DNA of 41,052 nucleotides, taken from positions 1-41,052 of the IMG/VR virus record IMGVR_UViG_3300012002_000306; one strand, written 5' to 3'. This DNA comes from a virus (taxonomy: Duplodnaviria; Caudoviricetes). The notes beneath the pieces were generated by a model. That model did no database searches and had not been told where the DNA came from. It worked only from the letters and a program-made list of their open reading frames with translations. Each line of letters opens with the position of its first letter. The stretch's first letter is position 1. Shown here piece after piece: positions 8,235-17,233 of the stretch. Position numbers and translations under genes: made by a program.

Positions 8235-8990
8235 ATGAAAGAAGGACGAAAAGTACATTTCTGTTTCCCCGGGAAAAGCTTCACCGATGAGTTTTTAGAG
8301 AGCATAATATATATGCTCACGCAGCCACCGCCGCACGGTTTACGGGGAGCTGGACTCGTCATTTCTTACCATATCGAATATTCAAGCGATATCTATTCAT
8401 GCCGCAACAACCTGGTACGGACTCATCCGCACACGCTTGTGCAGAGCCGGAGCAAGGTCCTCGACGGGTTCGACTACGACTACATGTTTTGGATAGACTC
8501 AGACCAGAAATGGTTCGGCGAGGATGTGTTGCGCCTGCTCGACCATGATGTAGAGGTGGCTTCCGGCCTGGTGCCGATTGGTATAAACCAAAAGACCTGC
8601 GTCGGACGATACCGCCTCGATGACGGGAAGCCGTATATTTCCTACTTCTCAATACCGGGGCTGCTCAAAGAAGAGCGTGACGAAAAGGGTCTGGTCGAAG
8701 TGGACTTCACCGGGTTCGGGTTTGTCTGTGTTAAACGCGGCGTTTTCGAGAAGCTCGGGTATCCCTGGTTCAAGACTGTTATTCACGACTGGGACGCATA
8801 CGAGTTTATGCTTGATGCTAAACTGACGGACCGCCGATCCTCGCTGCGGATAGCGACGAGCGAAGATATCGGCTGGTGTTCTCGGGCGAAGAAGGAAGCC
8901 GGTGCAAAGATATACGTGGATCCGGACGTACGGATCGGGCACAAAAAAGAAATGCTGTTAAGGGCAGAAGGATATGAAAGCGCGAACTGA
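8235..8990 (+). CDS. Glycosyltransferase, GT-A fold (GT2-like)
   Basis: YMFWIDSD (DxD), EVDFTGFGFVCVKRGVFEKL, SEDIGWC, IYVDPDVRIGH. Confidence 0.82.
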   Translation: MKEGRKVHFCFPGKSFTDEFLESIIYMLTQPPPHGLRGAGLVISYHIEYSSDIYSCRNNLVRTHPHTLVQSRSKVLDGFDYDYMFWIDSDQKWFGEDVLRLLDHDVEVASGLVPIGINQKTCVGRYRLDDGKPYISYFSIPGLLKEERDEKGLVEVDFTGFGFVCVKRGVFEKLGYPWFKTVIHDWDAYEFMLDAKLTDRRSSLRIATSEDIGWCSRAKKEAGAKIYVDPDVRIGHKKEMLLRAEGYESAN

Positions 8991-10644
8991 AGCAGAGCGG
9001 GTAAAACACGACAGGGCCCTCCTCCAGCAGCTTGTCGATGAACGTGTCGAGAAGGTGGAAGACCGCTGGGACTTCGCCATCAAATACGTGGTGCCGTTCT
9101 TAAACGAGTGGGGCGACGAGACTTGGGACGATAGCAGGTACGATACCACCGCGACAGAGAGCTCCGGCATGCTCGCTGACGGGCAGTTTGGCAACACGAT
9201 GTCACCGAACAGCAACTGGATGAAATACACGACCGGTGACGATGAGATAGACAGTGACGAAGAGTTTGCCGACTATCTCAAAAGGCGTACCGACGCGATG
9301 TATGCCGAGCTTCGGAGGAGTAACTTCTACGACCTCATGCCTGAATGCTTGCAGGTAGGAAACTCGATAGAGACCGCAAACGTCTACATCGAAGAGGAAG
9401 AGGGGGAAGGCAGGGTCTCTCTCTCCGCGCGGCATCCATGGGAAATATACGTGACCCAGGATAAGTACGGAAAAATAAACCGCGTTATCCGGAAGTTCCA
9501 GCTGACGGCGGAGCAGGCGGAAGATAAGTTCGAGCTAGAGAACATGAGCCAGGCGCTTAAAGACGCCATCGAGGATCGTGACGGCGATGCCTCACAGGAT
9601 AAGTACTGGTTCGTGCACATTATCGAGCAGCGGAAAGACGCCAACCCGGACAAGCCCGGGGCAAAGAATATGCCGATCGCATCGCGTTACTTCGAGTATG
9701 ACGGCGAAGAAAAGTATCTGCATGAGGGAGGCTATAGGACATGGCCGATGCCTATATGGAGATGGAAGAGCCGATCCAGCTCAGCGTATGGCTACGGTCC
9801 CACCAGCGAAGTGCGACCGAAGATAGAGGTTGCAAACCAGATACAGAAAGACCTGCTTCGGGCAAACCACAAAGCTATCGATCCGCCGTTCCAGACACAC
9901 CGGTCTATGCGGGGGAAGGTAAGACTGGGCCCGGGTGAGGGGAACTACCTCGAGGATGTAAACCGGGATCGGGTGCAGGAGCTGCCTTCAATGGCGGGCC
10001 TTGCGGCAGGCTACGGGGAGCTTGAAAGTACTCAAGAGCAGATAAAGAAGAGCTACAAAGTCGACCACTTCCTGATGCTCATGAATGACGAAGACACGCA
10101 AAAGACGGCAAGAGAGATATATGAGCGGAAAGCGGAGAAGACAACTGTGGTGGGTAGCACCGTTGGAAAGTTTATAAGCGAGTTTTTGGTGCCGTGCTTA
10201 GAGCGGATAGATCAGCTTGCCTATGACAACGGGCGCATGCCGGAAGTACCGGAAAAGTTTATCGAGAAGTACGGAGGTACTGAGATAAAGTTCGAGTTCT
10301 TGGGACCACTGGCGCAGGCGCAGAAGCAGCTGGTTGAGACCCAGGGGATTGTCCAGGCCCTCGAAGTAGGGGCAATGGTTGTGCAAATGGCCCCGAGCAG
10401 TATCGACAACTTAGATGCTGACGAGACCTATCGCGGGCTGATAACTTCCTACGGTGCAGCTGAGCGACTGCGATCAGAGGAAATGGTTGAAGAGATACGG
10501 CAACAGCGGGCTGCCGCGAAGCAACAGCAGATACAGTTCGCACAGAAGATGGAGATGATAAAGAACATGCCGGCACTGGCAAAGGGTGCGGAACAGAATA
10601 GCCCGATGCAGAAGATGGCGCAGGAGAGTCAGGGTGCAGGATGA
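8974..10644 (+). CDS. Portal protein (podoviral head-tail connector, Bbp21/T7 gp8-like)
   Basis: 556 aa; LRRSNFY, RW...YGYGP, TAREIYER..EK, FEFLGPLAQAQK. Confidence 0.88.
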   Translation: MKARTEAERVKHDRALLQQLVDERVEKVEDRWDFAIKYVVPFLNEWGDETWDDSRYDTTATESSGMLADGQFGNTMSPNSNWMKYTTGDDEIDSDEEFADYLKRRTDAMYAELRRSNFYDLMPECLQVGNSIETANVYIEEEEGEGRVSLSARHPWEIYVTQDKYGKINRVIRKFQLTAEQAEDKFELENMSQALKDAIEDRDGDASQDKYWFVHIIEQRKDANPDKPGAKNMPIASRYFEYDGEEKYLHEGGYRTWPMPIWRWKSRSSSAYGYGPTSEVRPKIEVANQIQKDLLRANHKAIDPPFQTHRSMRGKVRLGPGEGNYLEDVNRDRVQELPSMAGLAAGYGELESTQEQIKKSYKVDHFLMLMNDEDTQKTAREIYERKAEKTTVVGSTVGKFISEFLVPCLERIDQLAYDNGRMPEVPEKFIEKYGGTEIKFEFLGPLAQAQKQLVETQGIVQALEVGAMVVQMAPSSIDNLDADETYRGLITSYGAAERLRSEEMVEEIRQQRAAAKQQQIQFAQKMEMIKNMPALAKGAEQNSPMQKMAQESQGAG

Positions 10645-10966
10645 ACCATTAGGGAAAAAAGCAGAGGAAGTACACGGGGGAGGCGAGCAGGAACTGCAAC
10701 AGGACCGGAGTAACAAATACCGGTTGACCTTTTCCGGGCCGGAAGACTTCCGGGTCGAGACCTTGGCAGAAATGCTTCTCGATATGAGCTTTTTCGACTA
10801 CGCGCTGAACCCGTCCGATGTCGCGATGAGGAACTACGCGACGCAGATATGGCAGGAAATGGGGGTCTTCCCAGACCCGCGTTTTGACAATAGAGAAGAA
10901 CAGGTAACGCTGGCGAAGAAGGTAATACGCGCCTTGCTTACCGTAAGGAGAGAATACCATGATTAG
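10634..10966 (+). CDS. Small post-portal protein (Bbp19-like)
   Basis: GTG at 10634 after AGGAG; YRLTFSGP...LAEML pattern; synteny. Confidence 0.55.
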   Translation: MQDEPLGKKAEEVHGGGEQELQQDRSNKYRLTFSGPEDFRVETLAEMLLDMSFFDYALNPSDVAMRNYATQIWQEMGVFPDPRFDNREEQVTLAKKVIRALLTVRREYHD

Positions 10967-11702
10967 ATTTCTGTATGACACGGAGGGGGCGCCTTCCGGC
11001 GGAGACAGCGGGCCTGCAGGAAGTGAAGCTGCAGACAGTGCGACAGTCAATGCTGGTGGGGAGCCTTCCGGGAACGAAGCCGGGGGAGAAACCGGGGGGA
11101 ACGCAGAACCGAGGACTCAAATCTACAAGGAGCAGCTTAGAAAAGAGTTGCGTGACCATGAGGCTTTGAGTGACGTGCAGGACTTCAATGACTTAACTGA
11201 GCGGTATATCAACCTCTCAGAGCAGTCGAGTGTACAACTCCCGCAGTCCTCAGATGACTATGACTTTGGAGAGCCCGCCGAGGGAGTTGAGCGAGACGCG
11301 GATTTCGAGAAGTCATTTAGGGACCTGTCGTACAACAACAAGCTGAGCAACGACCAGGCAGTGGGCGTGATTTCAGGGCTTGCCGAGATCCTGCAAAAGC
11401 GACAAGAGGAGCGGCAGGAGCAGGCTAAAGAGCTCGGTGAGAAGGTGAAGAACGAGATCGGGAAAGAGGGGAGTTTCCGTGCGGAGAAGTTCTTGAAGCA
11501 GTACGGCGGAGAAGAGTTTGCTTCTACTGTTCTCGAGAACCCGGGGGAGCATGAAAAGCTGGTCCGGATAGCGGCAGAAGCTGGAAAACTCATCAGTGAA
11601 GACACGATACCGGAAGACAGCGGCGGCGGCGAAAGCAGCAACGAGCTTTCACTTGCAGAGCGATTCCCTGATATGCCCGAGTATTTTCAGAAGAAAAGAT
11701 AG
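10959..11702 (+). CDS. Capsid assembly/scaffold protein
   Basis: Acidic low-complexity N-terminus, LPQSSDDYD, LSNDQA, GKLISED; lies between portal and capsid. Confidence 0.72.
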   Translation: MIRFLYDTEGAPSGGDSGPAGSEAADSATVNAGGEPSGNEAGGETGGNAEPRTQIYKEQLRKELRDHEALSDVQDFNDLTERYINLSEQSSVQLPQSSDDYDFGEPAEGVERDADFEKSFRDLSYNNKLSNDQAVGVISGLAEILQKRQEERQEQAKELGEKVKNEIGKEGSFRAEKFLKQYGGEEFASTVLENPGEHEKLVRIAAEAGKLISEDTIPEDSGGGESSNELSLAERFPDMPEYFQKKR

Positions 11703-11711
11703 GAGTAAGTT

Positions 11712-12137
11712 ATGGCGAATTTAGCGACAACTGATGCTGTTTTGACCGCGTTCTTTGCGGGGAGCGGCGTTTGTGACCTGATAGAAGCTGCAAGTCATGT
11801 CGGGAAGACTCACAAGGCGCATATGACCAGTCTTCAGGTAAAGCACGGTGCAGGAACCGACTTCAGTGAAAGTGACTGCGCGAAGGTGGTCGAGGCGGTT
11901 CGGGCCTATTTCGAGCCGAAGTGGGCGAACGTCGCGATATCGGACGGCGTCATCACTAAGTGGATGGCGGCGAACAATATCAACGACAAGATCGAGCTGG
12001 CAAAAAACATTGACTATCAGCATATCCGTGAGCTGGCCGCACTTCAAACGAAATTCGCGGCGAACACGGACTTTACCAGGGAGGACCGCAACAAAATGGT
12101 CCGGGCCCTGGAAGCATATTTGAATGCAGCTATTTAG
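11712..12137 (+). CDS. Hypothetical head-module protein made of two ~65-aa repeats
   Basis: AGGAG RBS; halves align (SLQVKHGAGTDFSESDCAKVVEAVRAYF vs ALQTKFAANTDFTREDRNKMVRALEAYL). Confidence 0.7.
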   Translation: MANLATTDAVLTAFFAGSGVCDLIEAASHVGKTHKAHMTSLQVKHGAGTDFSESDCAKVVEAVRAYFEPKWANVAISDGVITKWMAANNINDKIELAKNIDYQHIRELAALQTKFAANTDFTREDRNKMVRALEAYLNAAI

Positions 12138-12315
12138 AGACAGCACGTTGTGCTGATTAAATAGACCGAAGCCTTTGAAAGGTTTCGACCAGCCTTTAGG
12201 CCGGAAAAAGACCAAAGCCGTCATGTACGGGGAGTAGTCAGACGGTTCTAAGGGGTAATCGGGATCACTTCTTCGAGGGGAGAGGGAACAACGATTATCT
12301 CAAGGAGCTAATATT

Positions 12316-13284
12316 ATGGCTACTGAAATAGCATCCTACATGACGCTCATTGAATACGGTAACCGTCACAAAGCAAAGGAGCTTTTAGAGATCGCCCACA
12401 CGATGAAGGCGAACCCTCTCATCTCCGATGCTCTCTGGCGCGAAGCGAACGACAACACGTCGCACACCTTCGACAAAGCGGTATCGTATCCGAGCCTCTC
12501 TGTACGAAAACTCAACAGCGGAGTTGTTCCCGGAAATGCTCAGACACAGCCGGAGACCGTTCCGGTATGTGCTTTCGAGGGACACATGAACCTCGACGTG
12601 AAATACGAAGAGCTTGAGGGAAGCAAGTTTCCGCAATTTAGGGCCGATGAAGAAAAACTTCATTGGGAAGGCGCGAGCAGGACCTTCATGGAACAGTTCA
12701 TTTATGGGACTGGCATCGAAGGGAATGTTGAAGGACTTTTTACTCGGTACAATGACCCGTCGGACGACAACGTCTACGACGAAGGGTCGACGACTGACAG
12801 TGTTTGTTCTTCGGCGCTCATGGTGAAGTGGGGACCGGACGGAATGTTCCTGGTCTATCCCAAAGGTTCAAAGAAACACGGCATCGTCCGTGATCCGATG
12901 GGAAAGCAGCTCATTACTGTAAACACCACGACCGGTGAACAGCAGTGGGTATGGAATACCGTCTTCGGCATCACTTTCGGCCTTTGTGTAGTAAAAGACG
13001 TTGCAGTCCAGCGACTCGGGTCCATCGACAGTACTGACACTGTTGACCCGGACAACCTGACGGCAATGGCGGTAAACATCTATGAGGAATACGGGTCTTA
13101 CGACAACGTGGTCCTCTATGTGAACGCCACTGTGTTCGGGCAGCTTTGGGCCGCAAATAACGCGAAACCCGGAATTCTTTCTCAGTCCTCAAAGAAGGAC
13201 CCGTGGGGGAACCCGGTCTGGGCGTTCAACGGCATACCTCTCAAACTGATGGGTGGGCTCAAGAACACCGAGAACGACATTTAA
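12316..13284 (+). CDS. Major capsid protein (BPP-1 Bbp17-like)
   Basis: 322 aa; NPLISDALWREAN, RKLNSGV, FIYG...EGLFTRY, VKWGPD...LVYPKG, FNGIP; AAGGAG RBS. Confidence 0.85.
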   Translation: MATEIASYMTLIEYGNRHKAKELLEIAHTMKANPLISDALWREANDNTSHTFDKAVSYPSLSVRKLNSGVVPGNAQTQPETVPVCAFEGHMNLDVKYEELEGSKFPQFRADEEKLHWEGASRTFMEQFIYGTGIEGNVEGLFTRYNDPSDDNVYDEGSTTDSVCSSALMVKWGPDGMFLVYPKGSKKHGIVRDPMGKQLITVNTTTGEQQWVWNTVFGITFGLCVVKDVAVQRLGSIDSTDTVDPDNLTAMAVNIYEEYGSYDNVVLYVNATVFGQLWAANNAKPGILSQSSKKDPWGNPVWAFNGIPLKLMGGLKNTENDI

Positions 13285-13295
13285 GGGGGCCTGAA

Positions 13296-13697
13296 ATGTT
13301 AGACGATAAACTTTCTTTGTTTGCCGGCCAGGCGATAACCGCCGGAGACAATCTCTCGACGATCATAGACCTCGGGAGCATTGAAGACCCCGGTGAAGGG
13401 ACGCCTAAGTATGTAAATATCGAGGTAGACACCGCGTTTACCGAGGATTCTTCCGGAGAATATCTGCGTATCGACCTTGTGGCGAGCAATGGGGCTGACC
13501 CCCTGACCTCGGACAAGGTGTACGAGCTGCTACCAAGCACGAATGTGAGTGACAGCTTTCTCATCACGCAGGGCGAAACCCGGAGGCTTCCGATTCCGCC
13601 TGATGTTACGGAGGGCAAGGACCATATCGGCATAGCCGTTATCGTTACTTCTGTTCTCGCAGCGGGCAAGCTTAACGCGGACATCCGCCTGGAGTAA
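13296..13697 (+). CDS. Capsid cement/decoration protein (Bbp16-like)
   Basis: MLDDKLSLFAGQAITA...STIIDLG...GEGTP; beta-rich; follows the capsid gene. Confidence 0.72.
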   Translation: MLDDKLSLFAGQAITAGDNLSTIIDLGSIEDPGEGTPKYVNIEVDTAFTEDSSGEYLRIDLVASNGADPLTSDKVYELLPSTNVSDSFLITQGETRRLPIPPDVTEGKDHIGIAVIVTSVLAAGKLNADIRLE

Positions 13698-13706
13698 CCA
13701 ACAACC

Positions 13707-13732
13707 GCCCCGCCTTCGGGCGGGGCCTCTTT
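13707..13732 (+). terminator. Hairpin/weak terminator after the head genes
   Basis: GCCCCGCC-TTCG-GGCGGGGC (cUUCGg tetraloop) followed by CTCTTT. Confidence 0.7.
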
Positions 13733-13742
13733 AGGGGAAACG

Positions 13743-14333
13743 ATGGTTAATTCCAAAGTAGACATTTGTAACCTGGCACTTAACTCATTAGGAGAAAGCC
13801 AGATATCGTCCCTGGATGACCTGGATGACGTGTCAGTCCTCTGCAACTTGCACTACAACCCGCTTTTAGATGAGGCGTTACGGCGGCACAACTGGGCGTT
13901 CGCGACTATGCGGCAGACGCTGGCAGACTCGGCGGACACGAACAATACAGTCTATGAGTGGAACTACACGCTGCCGGAGGACCCGTATTGCCTGAGAGTT
14001 TTGACGCTGATCGACGAGAACAACGTAGAGCTTGACCGGGAAGATTATCCGTACATCATCGAGGGCCGGACCTTGTACACCGATCTCGATAGCGCAAAGG
14101 TAAAGTATATTGGACGGGTCGCGGACGTCACAGACTACGATGCCGGGTTTGTCTTTTTCTTTGCCGAGTACATGGCTTGGAAGCTTGCCTTCCGGATTAC
14201 CGGCGATATGCAAAAAGAAGCGATGGCGGAAGTACGGCAGGCACGGGCCTTCGACGAGGCCAGGGCGCACGACTTAGAAGAGGCGGTTGCGGAGGAAACA
14301 ACCACCTCCTGGCTTGCTCCGTGGGGTGACTAA
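13743..14333 (+). CDS. Tail tubular protein A / adaptor
   Basis: SKVDICNLALNSLGE, HNWAFA, YTLP..CLRV, IEGRTLYTD. Confidence 0.82.
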   Translation: MVNSKVDICNLALNSLGESQISSLDDLDDVSVLCNLHYNPLLDEALRRHNWAFATMRQTLADSADTNNTVYEWNYTLPEDPYCLRVLTLIDENNVELDREDYPYIIEGRTLYTDLDSAKVKYIGRVADVTDYDAGFVFFFAEYMAWKLAFRITGDMQKEAMAEVRQARAFDEARAHDLEEAVAEETTTSWLAPWGD

Positions 14334-16489
14334 TGCCTAAGAAGAGTGTGAACATTACCGATTTCACCGCTGGAGAAATAAGCCGGAAGTTTGACGGACG
14401 GGTAGACTTGTCTATCTATCGGAAGGGCTGCGCGGAGCTTGAAAACTTTCTGGTCATCCACCAAGGCGGTGCTATGTTCAGGCCGGGGACGTATTACATC
14501 GGGGAAGTAAAAGACAGCTCCGTTGCCGCTCGACTTATCCCGTTTGTCCGGTCAGCAGAAGAGACGTATCTACTGGTGTTCAACAACGAAAAGTTCTGGG
14601 TGTACGACGAGCAGCACGCCCGTGTGGGGGCTGTCGAGCAGACGATACCCTACGGGGACGATGAGCTGTTCGAGGTAAAATATCTTCAGCTGGGGGATGA
14701 CCTCTGGCTGGTGCACCCGGACTATCGACCGTATAAGATAACATATACCAGCAGGACATCCTGGTCAAATGCAACGGCGATAGAGTTTACTGACAACCAG
14801 TTCGAGGCTTCCGACTTCCCGCAGGCAATAACCTTCTGGCAGGACCGGGTCTGGTTTGCTTCCGGATCGACGATCTACGCTTCGAAAGAAGATGACTATG
14901 ACGACTTCACCGTCTCGGACCCTGTTGTGGAAGCAGATGGGATCGAGTTCGACATCATTGCTTCAAAAATCCGGACGGTGATGTGGATGGAGGCGGTGTC
15001 CGGCGGTATCGCGGTCGGGACGCTCTTAGGTGAAGGGCTGATAATGCCGGACGAGTCGGGAGCAATAAAGGGGACTTCAACACCAAACTTCACATGGCGG
15101 TCGACCTTTGGTTCTGAGGACATACAGGGAAGGTTGGTAGGTTCTGACGTGCTTTTCGTCCAGCAGGGCGGCAGACAGGTCCGAAACTACTACTACCAGT
15201 CGAAAGACGCCTCTGAGCAGTCGCCGGACTTAACGGCGCGGGCAGACCACATTCTTGAGGATGGCGTGGTAGAGTTCGCCTTTACGCAGGCGCCCTATCC
15301 GGCTGTACTATTTATTCGAAATGACGGGGAGGTTGCTGTCTTAGCGTATGACCGGGCCTTGAGTGTTTTTGCCTGGTCGAGGTTTGTGACAAACGGTTCT
15401 TTTAAGTCTGTAGCCGTGGTCCCGAACGGCGACTATGACGAGGTATGGGCGATTGTTGAGCGAGAGATAGACGGCAGCACGGTGCAGTATGTTGAGTACT
15501 TCGACGCTTTCGAACACACGGACCAGGAGGACGCGCACCACGTAGATGCTGGGACATATGTAGACTACGGATCGGAGACTGTCACCGGGATAACCGCGAA
15601 GACCGTACAGGACATAGAGGGGATAACACAGGCAGACCCTGGGGTGGTGACCATTTCCGGACATGGATATTCGAACGGCGACACGGTTCGGCTCGATGAG
15701 ATAGAAGGGATGGAGGAGCTTAACGGTAGAGAGTTTACCGTCGCGGGGGCTACAGCCAACACCTTCGAGCTGTCCGGGGAGGACACGTCCGGCTATACGG
15801 CATATTCAGACGGCGGGAAATGTGTAGAAACACCTAACCTCACGGTGACCTGCTCAGCGGCGCACGGGTGGAGTAACGAGGACTATGTTTACTTCAAAGA
15901 CATTGCCGGGATGACAGAGCTCAACGGCCACGCATACGAGATAGAAGACGTCTCCGGCGCGGACTTTAGCATAGACACGCTGGACACGGACGACTATACC
16001 GCATATGACTCGGGGGGCACCGTGTACAGGGTTGTGACGGAGCTGACCGGGCTAACCGAACTCGAGGGTGAGACCATCGCCTTGATGGTAGACGGCGGCA
16101 CGCACGCGGACAAAACCGTGTCCAGCGGAGAGGTAACGCTGGACGGATACTTTAACAGGATACATTACGGCCTTGGGTACGAGGGGACGTTAAAGACCAT
16201 GAGGATAGAAGCCGGGCAGATGCTCAAGAAGAAACGAATATGCAAGGTGCGCTCCCGCTTTTATAAGACCCTCGGTATTTCTATCGGTCCGGACGAGGAC
16301 AATACGGAAGAGGTCGTTTTCCGGAGTGGAGAAGATGAGACCGGCGAAGCGCCGCCTCTGTATAATGGGGATAAAGAGATGCATTTCCCGGGCGCATGGA
16401 GCACGGAAAACTATATTGTCATGTTGCACACAGACCCGACCCCGGCGACGATACTCGCCCTCGGGGCAGACATGGTGATGGGAGGATAA
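14333..16489 (+). CDS. Tail tubular protein B / nozzle, with two inserted beta-domain repeats
   Basis: FTAGEIS, ENFLVIHQGGAMFRPG, RLIPF, LFVQQGG, AWSR; duplicated HG.SN.D.V...I.GM.ELNG...YTAY..GG modules. Confidence 0.85.
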   Translation: MPKKSVNITDFTAGEISRKFDGRVDLSIYRKGCAELENFLVIHQGGAMFRPGTYYIGEVKDSSVAARLIPFVRSAEETYLLVFNNEKFWVYDEQHARVGAVEQTIPYGDDELFEVKYLQLGDDLWLVHPDYRPYKITYTSRTSWSNATAIEFTDNQFEASDFPQAITFWQDRVWFASGSTIYASKEDDYDDFTVSDPVVEADGIEFDIIASKIRTVMWMEAVSGGIAVGTLLGEGLIMPDESGAIKGTSTPNFTWRSTFGSEDIQGRLVGSDVLFVQQGGRQVRNYYYQSKDASEQSPDLTARADHILEDGVVEFAFTQAPYPAVLFIRNDGEVAVLAYDRALSVFAWSRFVTNGSFKSVAVVPNGDYDEVWAIVEREIDGSTVQYVEYFDAFEHTDQEDAHHVDAGTYVDYGSETVTGITAKTVQDIEGITQADPGVVTISGHGYSNGDTVRLDEIEGMEELNGREFTVAGATANTFELSGEDTSGYTAYSDGGKCVETPNLTVTCSAAHGWSNEDYVYFKDIAGMTELNGHAYEIEDVSGADFSIDTLDTDDYTAYDSGGTVYRVVTELTGLTELEGETIALMVDGGTHADKTVSSGEVTLDGYFNRIHYGLGYEGTLKTMRIEAGQMLKKKRICKVRSRFYKTLGISIGPDEDNTEEVVFRSGEDETGEAPPLYNGDKEMHFPGAWSTENYIVMLHTDPTPATILALGADMVMGG

Positions 16490-16490
16490 G

Positions 16491-17222
16491 ATGGCAGTAG
16501 GCTCAGTGATAGCGGCGATCGGGACTCTGTTTGGCATAGGAGCTTCCGCCACAAACCTAATAACAGGGTTTCTCAACAAAAAGGAACAGAAAGAAATAGC
16601 AGGTGAAGAGCTACAGGGGCAGATAGGGGAATACAAGAAGCAACAGGAAGCCTTCGAGATAGCAGGTGGCACCGGGGAGTACGACAAGTCACTGTCTGGT
16701 TTCGAGGAATATCTGAAAAGTGCCGGAGAAGATGACCTTGGAACGTATGAGGTCCAGGCAAAGGACTATCTTGACGCCATAACCTTCCTGGAAGAGACGA
16801 AGGGACCTCAGCAGAAAAGGCTCATCCAGGAACAGCTTGCGCAGGTGCAGGGTGCGGCGATTGCATCTAGTGGTTTCAAACGGTCTTCCAAAACGGTTCA
16901 GACACTACATGAGCAGTCAGCCGAGAACGCGGCGCTCGATATCGATGAGCTGCAGGCCAAGATAGAGCGGAATATCGGCGAGTACGAAACACAGGCGACT
17001 GTTGCCATAGACAACGCAGCTGTAGCCAAGGGCAAGGCAGAGGTTGCCGGTGGCTGGGCGGATATCTATCAGGGCATATACGATAAGTTTTATAAAGAGG
17101 AAGAGCCGACGGACTCTGGAGACAGCGGCCCGCCGGAAGGTTTTACTCCCCCGGAGAAACCGGACACGGACACGGACACGGACGCTGGTGACCCATGGAC
17201 CGGGCCATATGATATGGAATAA
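16491..17222 (+). CDS. Internal virion/ejection protein
   Basis: Hydrophobic Gly/Ala N-terminus, helical body, synteny; (GACACG)n repeat near 17163 encodes DTDTDTD. Confidence 0.6.
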   Translation: MAVGSVIAAIGTLFGIGASATNLITGFLNKKEQKEIAGEELQGQIGEYKKQQEAFEIAGGTGEYDKSLSGFEEYLKSAGEDDLGTYEVQAKDYLDAITFLEETKGPQQKRLIQEQLAQVQGAAIASSGFKRSSKTVQTLHEQSAENAALDIDELQAKIERNIGEYETQATVAIDNAAVAKGKAEVAGGWADIYQGIYDKFYKEEEPTDSGDSGPPEGFTPPEKPDTDTDTDAGDPWTGPYDME

Positions 17223-17233
17223 CAGGAGTTAGG

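Noticed and set aside
17161-17183. (CGGACA)n microsatellite as a phase-variation tract
   Set aside because: The 6-nt unit preserves the frame and only encodes a DT linker.
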